Part shown: piece by piece, positions 1 through 13,589 of the stretch
Numbering within the stretch: position 1 is the first letter of the stretch
How the letters are laid out: each line of letters begins with the position of its first letter
Notes under the pieces: model-generated
Database searches by the model: none
What the model was told of the DNA's origin: nothing
The model's input: only the letters and a program-made list of their open reading frames with translations
Program-made: the position numbers and the translations under genes
Assembly: GCA_964016885.1 (NCBI GenBank)
Contig: OZ024741.1
Coordinates: 340,380,001 to 340,444,000 of the forward strand
Reading direction: 5' to 3'
DNA length: 64,000 bases
Source: Eledone cirrhosa
Lineage: Eukaryota

Positions 1-32
1 ATACAAGAGTTCATGTCAAAAATATAACCACC

Positions 33-335
33 ATTTAACTCATCCTGTAATGATTTAGTAGAAAATGTCTACAAATGAGTTTGTTAATTCAAATGTTTAT
101 AATATCTTTACTAATGGACAGATTGTTGTGAACATTTACAGTAATAGACTAAAGTAAAGATTTAATTTTTTATGTGATGCTCTTTTGTACTTTTCCAAAA
201 TGTATTGCTAATGTGATTTCATGTAGTTTGTTAATTCAAATGTTTATAGTACTTTTACTTGTGGAAAGATCTTTGTGTACATTTGCAGAATAATTTTAGT
301 GCTGTTTTGTACTCTTTAAGACTGATTTGCTAATA
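33..335. repeat. Unclassified interspersed repeat; related copies at ~6183-6390 and ~63945-64000
   Basis: Shared ttaattcaaatgtttata...ggacagat..ttgtgaa.attt.cagta motif, also duplicated internally at ~225-330. Confidence 0.6.
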
Positions 336-337
336 CA

Positions 338-555
338 GGGTGGCAGATTGGCAGAATTGAAAGAGCGTCGGATAAACTGCTATTGCAGTATTTATTCTGG
401 CTCTTTACATTCTGAGTTTAAATCCCATTGAGGTCAACTTTATTTTTCATACTTCAGGGGTCAATAAAATAAAGTACTAGTCAAGTACTGGAGCTGGTTT
501 AATCAACTTTGCCCTTACCCAAATTTGCTGCCTTTGTGCCTAAATTAGAAATTTA
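338..555 (+). mobile_element. tRNA-derived SINE family A (MetaSINE-like core)
   Basis: Head ggattggcag...tctgagtt.aaatccc; core tttcat.ctt.ggggtc.ataaaataaagtac.ag; tail ttgctg.cttgtgcc.aaa.tagaaa. Confidence 0.75.
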
Positions 556-582
556 TAATTGTGTCTCATTCCACTTTGACAG

Positions 583-908
583 CTACCAACGAGTTGAAAT
601 CAAATGTTGCTTTTACATCAAGTGAGCCAACTAAAAAAATGTGTTGCTGTAAAGTAGAACAAAAGATATTGACAGAGCAAGAACTAAAAGAGAAATGGGA
701 ACAACTAACCAAAGAACTCAGCATGCCACGTAAAAATAGCTCAAAATACATTCGATCAAAAAACACCATGAAGGATGAGCGAAGTTCCTCTTTATACATT
801 GGTTCAATGATTGTAGTTGTAGTTGTAATACCATTTGCCTTAATTATTCTAATGGATGTCATACCCCTAGTTAAATGGCTCTTAGAAAGCAAGCTTCACA
901 TCATTTAA
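583..908 (+). CDS. Terminal coding exon of a single-pass membrane protein with a mollusc-type C-terminal module (CCC, helical EL..RK.SS.YIR.K...DERSS segment, TM helix ending in D); upstream exons lie outside the window
   Basis: Acceptor ttccactttgacAG at 581-582 (phase 1); open frame to TAA at 908; hydrophobic stretch IGSMIVVVVVIPFALIILMD; AATAAA at ~1086 and ~1134. Confidence 0.7.
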
Positions 909-1964
909 GTGTTTTTACATTAAATTTTACTTTCAATAATAATTCTTTCTAACTTTTGCACAAAGCCACAAGGCTGAAATAACACAATTTTATTGTCTAA
1001 ATTTTATCACCCCAGTGATGGGGGTGAAATACAAAATTGATCACAACATTGTATGAATACTAAACATATGTGAAATATATATTTGAATAAATAAATCTTC
1101 ATTGCATATGAAATTTGTAAATAAATTATTTGAAATAAAGTGGTAAAGAGATACTATTTTGTTGTTTTCATTATCAATTGTATCAATGTTAGATATCGTT
1201 ATTAGTATCATCATCATCATTTAATGTCTGCTCTCCTTGGTGGCAAGGATTGGGGGGGGGGGGGGTCTTCACAGACTGAGTCAGTCATGAAGCAGGTCTG
1301 TTGACACACCAGATAGGCTGGGTAACTGCATTCTTGCTTTCATATGGTTTCACACTCTACTAAGTGTATTTTATCATGCCACAAGCTCTAGAAAGCTTGT
1401 CATGTTTTAACACAACTGAATGGGCCTTCTAACCCTTTGTTTAGCAAACTTTCTATGGCTAGATGTTCTTCCTGTCACCAACAACTTTACAGAATGTAGT
1501 GGGTGTGTTTATTGTGTAGGTTGCCAACATTCGGGAGATTGTTATGCCCTTATACAACTAAAGGATCTTCTCAACCCTTTTTCTTTGGTAAACTTTCTAT
1601 GGCTGCATGACCTTCTTATAACCAGCCAGTTTACAACATGTTCTGGGTCCTTTTATTATGTAAATCACCAACACTAGAGAGGTTTTAAGTTGATTTAAGT
1701 GAATGGTCCTCTCAATCCTTTTGGCATGGTTTCTACAGCAAGGTGCCCATCCTATTGCCAACAACTTTACAAAGTATACTATGTGCATTTTCATGGCACC
1801 GACACTAGAGAGGTTATTGTTCCAACTGAAGAGCCTCTGCAGCAAATAGGGGAAGGAGAAGAAAAAGTCGATAAGCATGAAGTTATGGATGTGTGGTGGG
1901 GTGTGATTTGACAAGGTGGTGAGGACGGGGAAAGGGATCTAGTAGAAGTGAGAATAATTAAACA

Positions 1965-2480
1965 ACGATTTAATCGACTTACCCCTCCCCCAAAATTGCT
2001 GGCCTTGTGCCTATATAAGAAATCATTATTATCAACAACGGTGAATTGGCAGTATCGGTAGTGTTGGACACCATGCTTTGCTGCATAGAGTTACGCCCCC
2101 TTTATGATCTGAGTTCAAATCCCGCCGAGGTTAGCTTTGCTTTTCATCCTTACAGGATCGATGAAATGAAGCACCAGTAATGCACTGGGGTCGATTTAAT
2201 CGATTTTCCCATCCCCCAAAATTGCTGGCCTTGTGCCTATAGTAGAAATCATTATTATCAACTACAGTGGATTGGCAGTATCATTAGAGCAACAGACAAT
2301 ATGTTGTGTGGCATAGAATTACGACCTTTTACATTGTTTTCAATTCCTGCCAAGGTTAGTTTTGCCTTTCATCCTTACGGGATTGATAAAATGAAGAACC
2401 AGTAATGCATTGGGGTTGATTTAATCAATTTTCCACTCCTCTAAAATTGTTGGTCTTGTGCCTATATCAGAAACAATTAT
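1965..2480 (+). mobile_element. Tandem SINE family A copies (one partial, two full)
   Basis: Head-core-tail units at ~2040-2258 and ~2266-2480, preceded by a tail fragment. Confidence 0.8.
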
Positions 2481-5400
2481 TAACAACTACATCAACCAGT
2501 TGTTTCTGTAGTACTTCCATATCATCTAGCTAAATTAGTTGAGTAGCTTACACATATATACTCATTGATACATATACACACACTTACAACTACCTCTTTT
2601 CATCGTCACACTTTACCTTGTCATTGATTACCACACCCACACACACTTATAAACACAATGAATATATTCGAAAAACCACACAATGGACAAAGGCAATGAA
2701 TACACACACACACAAAGATCAATACATACACGCACACACAGCTCCTCCTCCTTCACTTTGGGGGAGGGGCATTACTTTTTGTCAAATGCATTGTGTTTTT
2801 CACATGGCTGATCATCAAATTGAAGCATTGATCTGGATGACATAAACTTGAGCTATGCGCTTGCTTCTGCTTCCCAAAATAAAAAACAAAAACAAAGGTA
2901 TGAAAATAAATTTAACAAAACAAATTGAGATTCTATGGAATACTTTATTTAATATAGAAAATGACAACAGTACAGAGAAATTAAGCAACAAACATATAAA
3001 TAAACTGTATTTTATAAAATATGTTGGTGTTAGGAGTATTACTTCCTCTACCTACTACCACCAGTACTACTACTATCACTAACACTGCTGCTGTTCTTAC
3101 AATAATTACACATGTTGTTCAGCCATCATCCAGCAGACCCATAACCAAAAATGTTCCATTCGTGATCATATTTTTTTCCTTTTCAGACAAATAGTAGGAA
3201 GGACTCCTCAGTTATGTTAAGGACATGACAACTTCCCTAGTGTTGGTGCCATGATAAAATACACTTGGTAGAGCACAGGATCATATGCCAGGCCCCCTGC
3301 CTACCTGGAGGTCAGTTGCTCTGTTGAATACTGACCAGTCAGACATGACAGCCAACCTTTGCTAGCAGGAAAAACAGATGCCCAACAATGATAATGATAT
3401 CCAATGTAGCCTAAATTTTAAAGATGCTAGTGTATAATATAGAACACCCAAGTAGGCCACTGTGCCATTTGAATCCATAATGCAAATAGCCAGAACAAAA
3501 ACACTGCAAGGCATCTAATTCAACACTCCTCTAATAATTCCACCAATCCACCATTCCCTGGACTATTACTTTATTTTATTCATCCACGAAAGGATAAAAG
3601 GCAACATTGAGCTTGGTGGGATTTGAACTCAGAGTACAGTGTTGGAAAAAATAACACAAGGCATTTTCTACGTGCTAACAATTCTGCTAATTCACTGCAT
3701 TAAGATTTATTATTGTTTTCAGAACAGATATACCTAAACAAGTTCTTATGCCCTTGTATACGAAACCAGTTCTTATGTCCTTGTGTACCCAAACAGGTTC
3801 CACAACATTGCTTTACCTGGTCCTTTGTGGTCTATCCATTTTGGTCCACTGAATTCATTGCTGTTATGGTCAGCTAATGGTATAAATGACAGTAAACTCC
3901 ATACACTCCACCATAAATTACTACTAAAAACAGCCTTATAAGGGAGCCTCTATGTGATTGCTTGACCTGCAAGAAATAACCACCAAATTTCCCTCAAATC
4001 AAATCTTACTATCTTAAGAAAGGACAAAAAAAAACAAGAACAAAAAATCATATTGTATAATGTAGTCCCTGATCATCATCATCACTGTTTAACGTCTAAT
4101 AATTTTTATGTTTGCATGGGTTAGATGTGTCGTCCTGTATTGAGGCTAGACAGGTCAGGTGACCATGTCATGCACATTCCAATTTGGCTTAGGTAATACA
4201 GTTGAATGCCCTTCCTAACAATAACCCCTTTACAGCGTGTACTAAGAGCATTTTATCATGACTATGGCATTGCCATCTAACATGCTGGATTGGGTGCTTT
4301 TTGTCATATACTTCTAAAATGGCAGGATGATCATTGATGGAATGAATAACTGATCATTAGTCTGCTTGATCAAGGCTGATTTGGTGCTGAACAACAAGAT
4401 TTCTATATTGGAACTACATGAAACCAACAACAGCAGCATGATCTAGAGAAAAAATATAGGTAAAAATAAATACATTCCAAATAACAACATGCACCAGTTA
4501 AGAAATCAAAACAAAATATATGAACTCTTTACAGACATAATATACCTCAGATGTATAGAGGGAAGGAAAATAGAAGTTGTGGCATGTATACCTTTCCCGG
4601 GGGGGGGGGGACACATTGGTGACATAACTGAAGCAGCAGTAGGAACTCAAACTAGATACAATGTTTTTACAAACATGGAAGGAATTATCATAACAATTAA
4701 CAATAGCGTTTTACAGATATTGAACCTGAGTATGGGGGTTGCTGTGTTTTTAGAGAAGTGGAAATGAGATTTGATGATGTTCATGCTGATCAAAAAAAGC
4801 ATGTGAATGCATAATATCAGTAAAATTGTTTTAATATCACGTTAACCTTGATCAAGCAAATCTATAACCATCTTATTTTCATTTTAGGGCTGTATATCTA
4901 GGACTAGATTCTCTAATGTGGTCTTTTCCTATTTTTGAATATGGTAGGGTATGATTTGAGGGAGATTTTGCTGCTGTGTCTTGTAGACCATGTGACAATG
5001 TAGAGGCGCCTTCATTGTGAATAGATATTTGTAGGATCTTGTCTCTACTCTTTGGGATTGATTGCAAAAATAATGACTTCTTTTATTGGCCATACTGTCC
5101 TCAAGGATAGTACATAGCAGAAAGCCTCCATCCTGTCCACTCAGCCAGTAAACAAGAAATAGTAAGATTTTCCTGGAGTAATAGGAGTGAGATCAACAAC
5201 AACAACAGTAATAATAATCATAACATGTTAATAATTGGCTAACAATAACAATATAGAACAATGAAATAACAAAGGATCCCTAAATGGGTCAGGTTAGGCA
5301 ATCATGTAGAATGATTCAGGCCATTTCATACACAAATACAGATTACTGTATTATACCAAAGGTTCCTATCACCCAGTCTTTGCTGCCAAACTATGTAATT

Positions 5401-6699
5401 AAACTAACAACCATTTAGCCACACACCTTTCATGAAGTGAAATTAAAATGTTAGGTTTAGCTGGCTTCCTACAAGGTTGCTACTCAGGAGGTTTTTTTGG
5501 GTGTTTTAATGAAAGGGGCCTCAGTCTTATCATGTTGATTTTACAGCTCACACTTATGCAAGTTTAGCTAGCCTCCTGCAATATTGCAACTCAGGAGGTT
5601 TCTTGGGTGTTTTAATGATTAGGACCCCAGTCCTATCATGAAAAGCAACGTGAAATGAAGCATCTAACCCAAGAACACAGCATACCACCTGAATGATTCT
5701 TACAACATTACGATTGCAAGTCCAACACCCTAACTACAATACCACGTGCCAATAGCAGAGAAAGACTACTCAGTCTGCATTGCCAAAGGAAGACGGTGAG
5801 TTGATCTTCGTTGCTGGATCTAACCCAAATGATAACAATTGTATTATATTTATTGTATTGACCCCAGAAAGATGACAGTTGAAGTTAACACCAGCAGGAC
5901 TTAAATATATACTACACCAGCACATCACATTGAGAAAGGGGATCAATTTCATCAAACCCAGTACATTACTGGTACTTTATTTCAACAACAGAGAGGGGAG
6001 ATGTATGTCATTTCTAACAAATCTGAACTCAAAATGAACACAGCATAATAATATGCTGATTTCTCACGATAGCACAAGGCCACATATTTATAAGTTAAGT
6101 GGGTATAGTAGGTTAAATTAACCCAGTAGAGTTGGTACTATTGTGTCAGTCCTGGAGGTGTGAATATAAAGGGCAATACATAATTAACTCTTAACATCTT
6201 GTAATGACTTAGCAGAAAATGTCTAAAAACAGGTTTATTAATTCAAATGTTTATAGTATTTTTACTAGTGGACAGATCATTGTGAAAATTTGCAGTATTA
6301 GAGTAAAGACTTTAATTTTTAATATGATATAGTCACAGAACTGTTTTTGGATTTTTCAAGAATGTCTTGCTAATGTGGTTTCATGTGGTACAGGATATTA
6401 AGAGTCAAAAGATGATGATGATGATGATAACGGTTTTGTATAAAACATGAACAGGATTGAGTGAGTCTATTTGACAACAGCAGCAAACAAAAGCAATTGA
6501 TTATGGATTATATTTTAGGGGGAGGAGGAGGATTATTAATCTACCACAGATCATTCACATTGGAGATTGCCAAATCAATTATTAGTGGAAGAAATATCTA
6601 AGCCTCACATAGATCATGAGAGGTACACTACAGCATAATTCAAGGAGATATTTCTACTTCAAATATGAATACTGTATACATGTGTGTATAAGTCAGACT

Positions 6700-6900
6700 T
6701 TTTAACAAAACATTATTTAAAAACCAACATGTGACTTATCGACTGGATCTACAAAACATTATATGTAAGTCAAGTATTGAGCTAAAAAGGTTTTATGTAA
6801 AATGTTGGTGTGACTTATCTACTGGACTTACAAAACCTTATTTGTGAATCAAATATCGAGCCATGTATGTTGAATGTAAAATGGCAGTGTGACTTATAGA
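6700..6900. repeat. Degenerate tandem repeat, ~80 bp unit, about 2.5 copies
   Basis: gtgacttat at ~6732, ~6809 and ~6889; caaaac.tta.tgt.a.tcaa.tat.gagc repeated. Confidence 0.65.
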
Positions 6901-7989
6901 CAAATATATACAGTATTTATCAACAGATTTTCTAGAAATACACTGCCACAGTTTGGCCAGTTTAATAATTGGTTAGATATATCACTCAGGTGAGATCTAA
7001 ACAACATATTAGCATGTGTCTTTACTCACTGACTTTTACTTCAAAATATCTCAGAAAACTACTTACTATTTTCAAGTTTGACAATTACTTTCACTTCCTT
7101 GTTCATAAGTTAAAGAATTCATTCAATAATATTTGGCAAGATTGAATATTAAACAAGAATTAGAGAATGGAACTTTACTCAAAAAGATTTTAAAAAGTAT
7201 TATATATATATATATACACACATATATATATATATATATATATACATACATATCTAGGGAGTAAAGGGTCCGTCGAGCTGCAGATTACAGAGTCGGGTAA
7301 GATCAATACAGATCGAACCTTGAGCTGATCAGTGGCGAAACGCGCGTCACCAACCAATAAATGTAATGAAGGAGTAACCAATCATCCTTGTTATCTTTTC
7401 AATACATACATATATATATATACATATATATATATTTGTTTGTCTGTGTCTGTGTGAGGGGGATGCTTTCTGCATGGACATAATGCATGCCAAAGTTATA
7501 TAAATGAATGGAAATTACAAATCTAATTTTAACACAAACCTTTCATTTTTATGAGACACTGCTGGAAAGGGAGTACATACATGCTTTATGCACCCTATTT
7601 CAGTTATATGGTATTGGTTTGTTTTAATTGTACTGAGTATGGTCTAACTCACAGTTAATAGTCACAGAGACTATGAGAAGTTATGGAATATACTGTGTCC
7701 AAGCCCTCACTTGAAAGACAGGTGATAAGATTTATGTTGTGTTCTGCAATACACAAACCAAAAACACAGATGAGCTGATGTAATCTTGTTTGCCACGTAT
7801 GTATCTGGTTGTTAAGTTGATGTAAGGAAAAAAGTTGATAATGTCTCCTGAAATTACAAATGGGGACATATGAAAAAAAAAAAGGGAAGGAACTGATTGT
7901 CAAATTAAACCAAGGAAACTATGCTTCCATTGCTGATACTATCTGATAATTCCATCTCCTGGCAGAAGGATCACCATTTCTTCTGGTGA

Positions 7990-8595
7990 CAGGAGGCAGG
8001 ATTTGAACTCAGAATGCACAGAGCAAGATCAGATACTGCAATGTTTTCTATCTGACCCTTATAATTCTGTCAATCCACTACTACTGGACTGGTACTTTGT
8101 TTATCAACTCTAAAAGGATGAAAAGCAAAGTTGACTCTGGCTGGATTTAAACACAGAGCTTAGTGAGCCAGAACAAATACTGAGCCATTTAATATGACCT
8201 TCTGGATTGGCAGTATCTGTAGAGCGTCGAACGCCATTATTTGCAACATAGAGTTACGCCCCTTTACGTTATGGGTTCAAATCCCGCCGAGGTTAACTTT
8301 GCCTTTCATCCTTACGGGGTCGATAAAATAAAGTACCAGTAATGCACTGGATAATTGTTGGCACTGTGCCAAAAGTAGAAACAGTTATTATTATTATTAT
8401 TGTAGATTGGCAGTATCGGTAAAGCGTCGGACAATATGCTTTATGGCTTAGAGTTATGGTCCTTTACCTTCTGAGTTCTAAACCCGTCATGGTTAGCTTT
8501 GCCTTTCATCCTTACAGGGTCGATGAAATAAAGCACCAGTACTGCACCGGGTCGATTTAATCGACTTCTTCTACTCCAAAATTGCTGGCCTTGTC
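7990..8595. mobile_element. SINE family A cluster (minus-strand fragments ~7990-8200; plus-strand copies ~8203-8400 and ~8403-8595)
   Basis: gagttacg..cctttac.tt.tg.gttc.aa.ccg...ggtta.ctttgcctttcatccttac.gggtcgat.aaataaag.accagta. Confidence 0.8.
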
Positions 8596-8872
8596 TCAGA
8601 AACTGTTGAGTTGGTCACAGTGTATATAGTTTTTGAAACTCAGCTCCACAAGAGCGAGCGAAGAGGGAGAGAAGAGACATAAGAAAGATGTTAATGTTAA
8701 GTTAATTGGAAATCACACAGCAACATAGCTTTTGTAGATTGTGGTGGGATAGTCATGAAATCTCGACAGAGCACCTTTGGTACACTTGTTGAAATTGTTC
8801 ACTGGTCTCTGTTGGAATTATTACTACAACAGCATTTTCATGCAGTGTTATTGTAACATACTGGTATTTACG

Positions 8873-8904
<32 letters not shown>

Positions 8905-8958
8905 CCATGCTAGCATGAAAGATAGATGTTAAACGAAGATGATATATATATATATATA

Positions 8959-9188
8959 CAGGGTGTTTCAACAAATTTGATATCAATGGCCTGTTCCCAA
9001 GGTTGTCACATTGAAATATATATTGTGAATTAATGTTATGACATGGACATGTTTTGAGGAATAAATCTTGTGTTACTCAACATGGAGTCTGCTTAGTATC
9101 GTTGTCCTAGACCTTGTAGTTTCTGGGATATTTACCTCTCAAATGATATTAAAATCTCAAATGATATAACATTTTTTGAAACACCCTG
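8959..9188. mobile_element. Tc1/mariner-type MITE
   Basis: TA|CAGGGTGTTTCAA ... TTGAAACACCCTG|TA; 13-bp TIR with TA duplication; 230 bp. Confidence 0.8.
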
Positions 9189-9241
9189 TATAACCCATGC
9201 TAGTGTGGAAGATAGACATTAAACGACGATGATGATGATGA

Positions 9242-9302
<61 letters not shown>

Positions 9303-9383
9303 TGTATCTCCCCATGCATTGAATACTCCCATGATTACTGATCTCCCTATTCTCAGCAGTGCAGACAAAACATACACACACAA

Positions 9384-9423
<40 letters not shown>

Positions 9424-9865
9424 CATAATATAAATATATATATTACATATATATATATATATATATATATATTACATACATATCATCATCATCATTTTAC
9501 GTCCGCTTTTCTCTGCTTATATATGTAAGTATGGTCACGTAACTCCTGATAGGAGCATCATTTTGACATACAGCGTTTCTTCGGCATTTTAAGCCTGGCA
9601 GAACCCATCTCTCACCAGGCCTGAGTACAGCAGATTTCTTCTAGAGAAAGATAGAAAGTAAGAGAGCGGAAATGAGAAAGAGATATAGAGGAAGAATCAA
9701 CCCCAGTACTAAACTGGTACTTTTTTTATCGACTTTGAAAGGATGAACGGCAAAGTTGACCATGGCAGGATTTGAGCAGAGAGCTGGAATGAACACCATA
9801 AAGCATTCTATTCGACATCCTAACGACTCTGGCAATTTGCCACCTACATACATACATACATACTT

Positions 9866-9904
<39 letters not shown>

Positions 9905-9909
<5 letters not shown>

Positions 9910-10245
9910 TTATCATCATCATTTTATGTCCGCTTTTCCCTGCTTGCAGGGGTGGGACAGGAACTGATTCTGGCTTGATTTTTACAGCTGGATGCCCTTC
10001 CTAACACCAACCTCATTTACAGTGAGTGCTGGGTGCTTTTTTGCCGTGGCACCTCCACGACCACTTTGCAGTGGAATGATATGGACCGCAGTTCCTATCA
10101 TCTCATTTCTACAGCTGAGTAAACTGGAGCAATGTGAAATAAAGTATCTTGCTCAAGGAAACAACACATCACCTTGTCTGAGAATTGAACTCACACCTTT
10201 CGATTGCAAGGCCAATGCTCTAACCACTAAGCTATGTGCCTCCAT
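9905..10245 (-). mobile_element. SINE family B (tRNA head, Deu/Nin-like core, RTE-derived tail)
   Basis: Near identical to 15712-16040 and 16042-16378; core ccttgagcaaga.actttatttcacattgctccagtttactcagctg; (GAT)n tail. Confidence 0.8.
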
Positions 10246-10342
10246 ATATATACATATATATATAACGAAGGAAATGTGGTAAGGAACCAGGTGGACCATA
10301 ACACACCAAAGTACTCAATACTTAGGGTAGTAGAGTGGGTAA

Positions 10343-10468
10343 TAGGAACGAGTAGGACCCCGACGGCTGAGCTCAAGCCGTTTCGACGGCTAATTCAACG
10401 GATAATTCAGTCCAGAATTAGCCGTCGTAACGGCTTGAGCTCAGCCGTCGGGGTCCTACTCATTCCTA
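10343..10468. repeat. GC-rich ~126 bp palindrome
   Basis: taggaa.gagtaggaccccgacggctgagctcaagccgtt.cgacggctaattc mirrored; one related arm at ~17878-17918. Confidence 0.85.
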
Positions 10469-10476
10469 CATATATA

Positions 10477-11372
10477 TCATCATCATCATCATCATCACCG
10501 TTTTACGTCCGTTCTTCCACGCTAGCATGGGTTAGACGGGTTGTCCTGTTGTGTGCAGTGTCTGGTCGGCTGACCATGCCTTGCTCATACAGGAACTGAT
10601 CTGGCTTGATTTCTACAGCTGGATGCCCTTCCTAAACACCAACCTCATTTACAGTGAGTGCTGGGTGCTTTTTCGTGGCGCCTACACGTCCACTTTACAG
10701 GGTGGGCTGGGTGCTTTTTTGCCGTGGCACCTCCACGACCACCTTGCGGTGGGGGGAGTGGAGGCATATTGTTTATATGCTTCAGCATGTACCCATGGCA
10801 GGTCGGGTACCCTGTATTACTGCGTGACGCCAGAAGTCAGCATTTGATTCCTCTTATGCTCAGTCTCTCTCTCAATTCCTTTATGCTTTGTCGTTCACGT
10901 ATATTACTGTTACACATCCATCGGAGCATGCAGGCTTCGTTTCTCTCTAATCTACATAAGTCTTCCACCTTCAGCGCCCAGGTCTCACTACCATGCAACA
11001 TCGCTGTTCGGATACACGCATCATACAGTCTGCCTTTCATTCTGAGGGAGAAGCCTTTTGCAGCTAGCAGTGGTAGTAGTTCCCTAAACTTCTTCCATCC
11101 CGTTCTTACCCTAGTTATTGTACTTTCTGAGCACCCACCTCCGTTGCTAATTCGGTCACCTAGGTAGCAGAAGCTGTCTACTGTTTCTACAGGGCCCTCC
11201 CAGAGATTGGTGGTACTTGTATCCTGTGGCTGTTTGCTTGCTGTTTCAGCACAGCTGCTGCATGTGAATCCTACATTCTTAATTAAGCTTCCTGAGATCC
11301 CGCTACATCTCTTGTGTACCCAATGTTTGCATTTGGGGCAGAGAATGGAGTTCCTACCTACACCTTTCCTAC
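10477..11372 (-). mobile_element. 5'-truncated RTE LINE family A with an internal deletion at ~10839
   Basis: ORF 10837-11436: [30 protein letters not shown]; (GAT)n tail; near identical to 58843-59910. Confidence 0.92.
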
Positions 11373-11448
11373 ATATATATATACACACACACATACGTAC
11401 ATACATACATATATATACACACACACATACATACATATGTATATATAT

Positions 11449-12299
11449 AGCAACGGAGGTGGGTGTTCAGAAAGTACAATAACTAGGGTAAGAACGGGAT
11501 GGAAGAAGTTTAGGGAACTACTACCACTATTAGCTGCAAAAGGCTTCTCCCTCAGAATGAAAGGCAGACTGTATGATGCGTGTATCCCAACAGCGATGTT
11601 GCATGGTAGTGAGACCTGGGCGCTGAAGGTGGAAGACTTACGTAGATTAGAGAGAAACGAAGCCTGCATGCTCCGATAGATGTGTAACAGTAATATACGT
11701 GAACGACAAAGCATAAATGAATTGAGAGAGAGACTGAGCATAAGAGGAATCAAATGCTGTGTGCAGGAGAGGCGGTTGCGCTGGTATGGACATGTGATGC
11801 GTATGAAGGATGACAGCTGCATAAAAAGGTGCAGAGCACTAGAAGTTGATGGAAACCGCGGAGTGGGGAGACCCAAGATGACCTGGGATGAGGTGATAAA
11901 AGCCGACCTTACCCAATTACACCTCTCAAAGACAATGACACACGACCGTGACTTCTGGCGTCACGCAGTAATACAGAGTACCCGACCTCCCATGGGTACA
12001 TGCTGAAGCATATAAATATGCCCCCACACCCCCCACCGCAAGGTGGTCGTGGAGGTGCCACGACAAAAAAGCACCCAGCCCACACTGTAAAGTGGACATG
12101 TAGGCGCCACAAAAAAGCACCCAGCACTCACTGTAAATGAGGTTGGTGTTAGGAAGGGCATCCAGCTGTAGAAATCAAGCCAGATCAGTTTCTGTATGAG
12201 CAAGGCATGGTCAGCCGACCAGACACTGCACACAACAGGACAACCCGTCTAACCCATGCTAGCGTGGAAGAACGGACGTAAAACGGTGATGATGATGAT
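11449..12299 (+). mobile_element. 5'-truncated RTE LINE family A, inverted relative to the 10477-11372 copy
   Basis: [26 protein letters not shown]; tail acgtaaaacggtgatgatgatg. Confidence 0.92.
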
Positions 12300-12508
12300 A
12301 TATATACATACATACATATATATATATATATATGGTGGCTGCCAACTCGTTTTCGAGTACAGCCACTACTTTATATCCATGTAGGAGAACTCCTACCGAT
12401 GCGCTGAACGAGTGTGACTTTTTAGTCCAGCCAGCGACTTGAAAACTCTGGTACAAACACTACACTTGTGACAATTACTGACACATAGTGCTGGGCCCAT
12501 GGTACCAT

Positions 12509-12548
<40 letters not shown>

Positions 12549-12713
12549 TATATACACATATATATACACATATATATACACATACATATATATATATACA
12601 TACATATATATACACATACATATATATATATACATACATATATATATATATATATATACTTTTGCGAGGTTTTTGATATGAAATCGTGTGTCGAAACAAA
12701 TATTGTTATACTT

Positions 12714-12939
12714 GGGGAGGGTCATATTTGTGTAATACTGCCAGAATTAATAACAGAACACACTCAGTGTTTGGTTGGTTTTCGCTTTTCACTTCTGTGT
12801 CTTTTATATCGGTAATCTAATTACCGAATAAATTAGATTACCGATATAAAAGACACAGAACCGAAAAGCGAAAACCAACTAAACAATGAGTGTGTTCTGT
12901 TATTAATTCTGGCATTATTACACAAATATGACCCTCCCC
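12714..12939. mobile_element. Palindromic foldback/MITE-like element (~226 bp)
   Basis: ggggagggtcatatttgtgtaata...cggtaatctaatt and its reverse complement with a short loop. Confidence 0.85.
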
Positions 12940-13125
12940 TATATATATATATACATATATATGTAGATATCTACATATATATATTACATATATATCTACA
13001 TATATATACATATATATATATACCCATATATACTTACATATATACTTATATACACACACACATATATATATATCATCATCACCGTTTAATGTCCACTTTC
13101 CATAATTTCATTATTATTATATATA

Positions 13126-13198
<73 letters not shown>

Positions 13199-13255
13199 AT
13201 ATATATAAATATATATATTCATAAATAAACCGTTGGAGTGTCAAGTAAATTGAAA

Positions 13256-13589
13256 TTCTTAGAAAATGAAGAGAATCTTGAATGCAAAAAAAAAAAATGT
13301 AAACACTATTGATTGCTATAAAAAATAGCTTAGAAAATCCAGTCCATACAGAGAATCGAACTCTGTACCTCTCAAACTACTTAGCTTCTACTGAGATGGA
13401 TCTTTTAGTTCAGTAGTACAGTGTTCAGCTTGAATTTGAGAGGTACAGATTGTGATTCTCTGTGGCGACTGCTGGCCACTTTTTTCCATCTATAGGGGTA
13501 TTTTACCCGATTTGTTAAGCTATCATTTATAACAATCAACTGTATTCACAATTATTTTCTGCGTTCAAGATTCTTTACATTTTCTAAGA

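Noticed and set aside
566-892. 108-aa minus-strand ORF
   Set aside because: Antisense shadow of the plus-strand exon
8203-8300. tRNA genes at SINE heads
   Set aside because: A/B-box-like heads run into SINE cores and do not form full cloverleaves
9157-9528. YIYIYI/VCVC-type ORFs (also 12393-13059, 19569-19896, 23451-23921, 38887-39341, 41562-42179)
   Set aside because: Translations of TA/CA microsatellites
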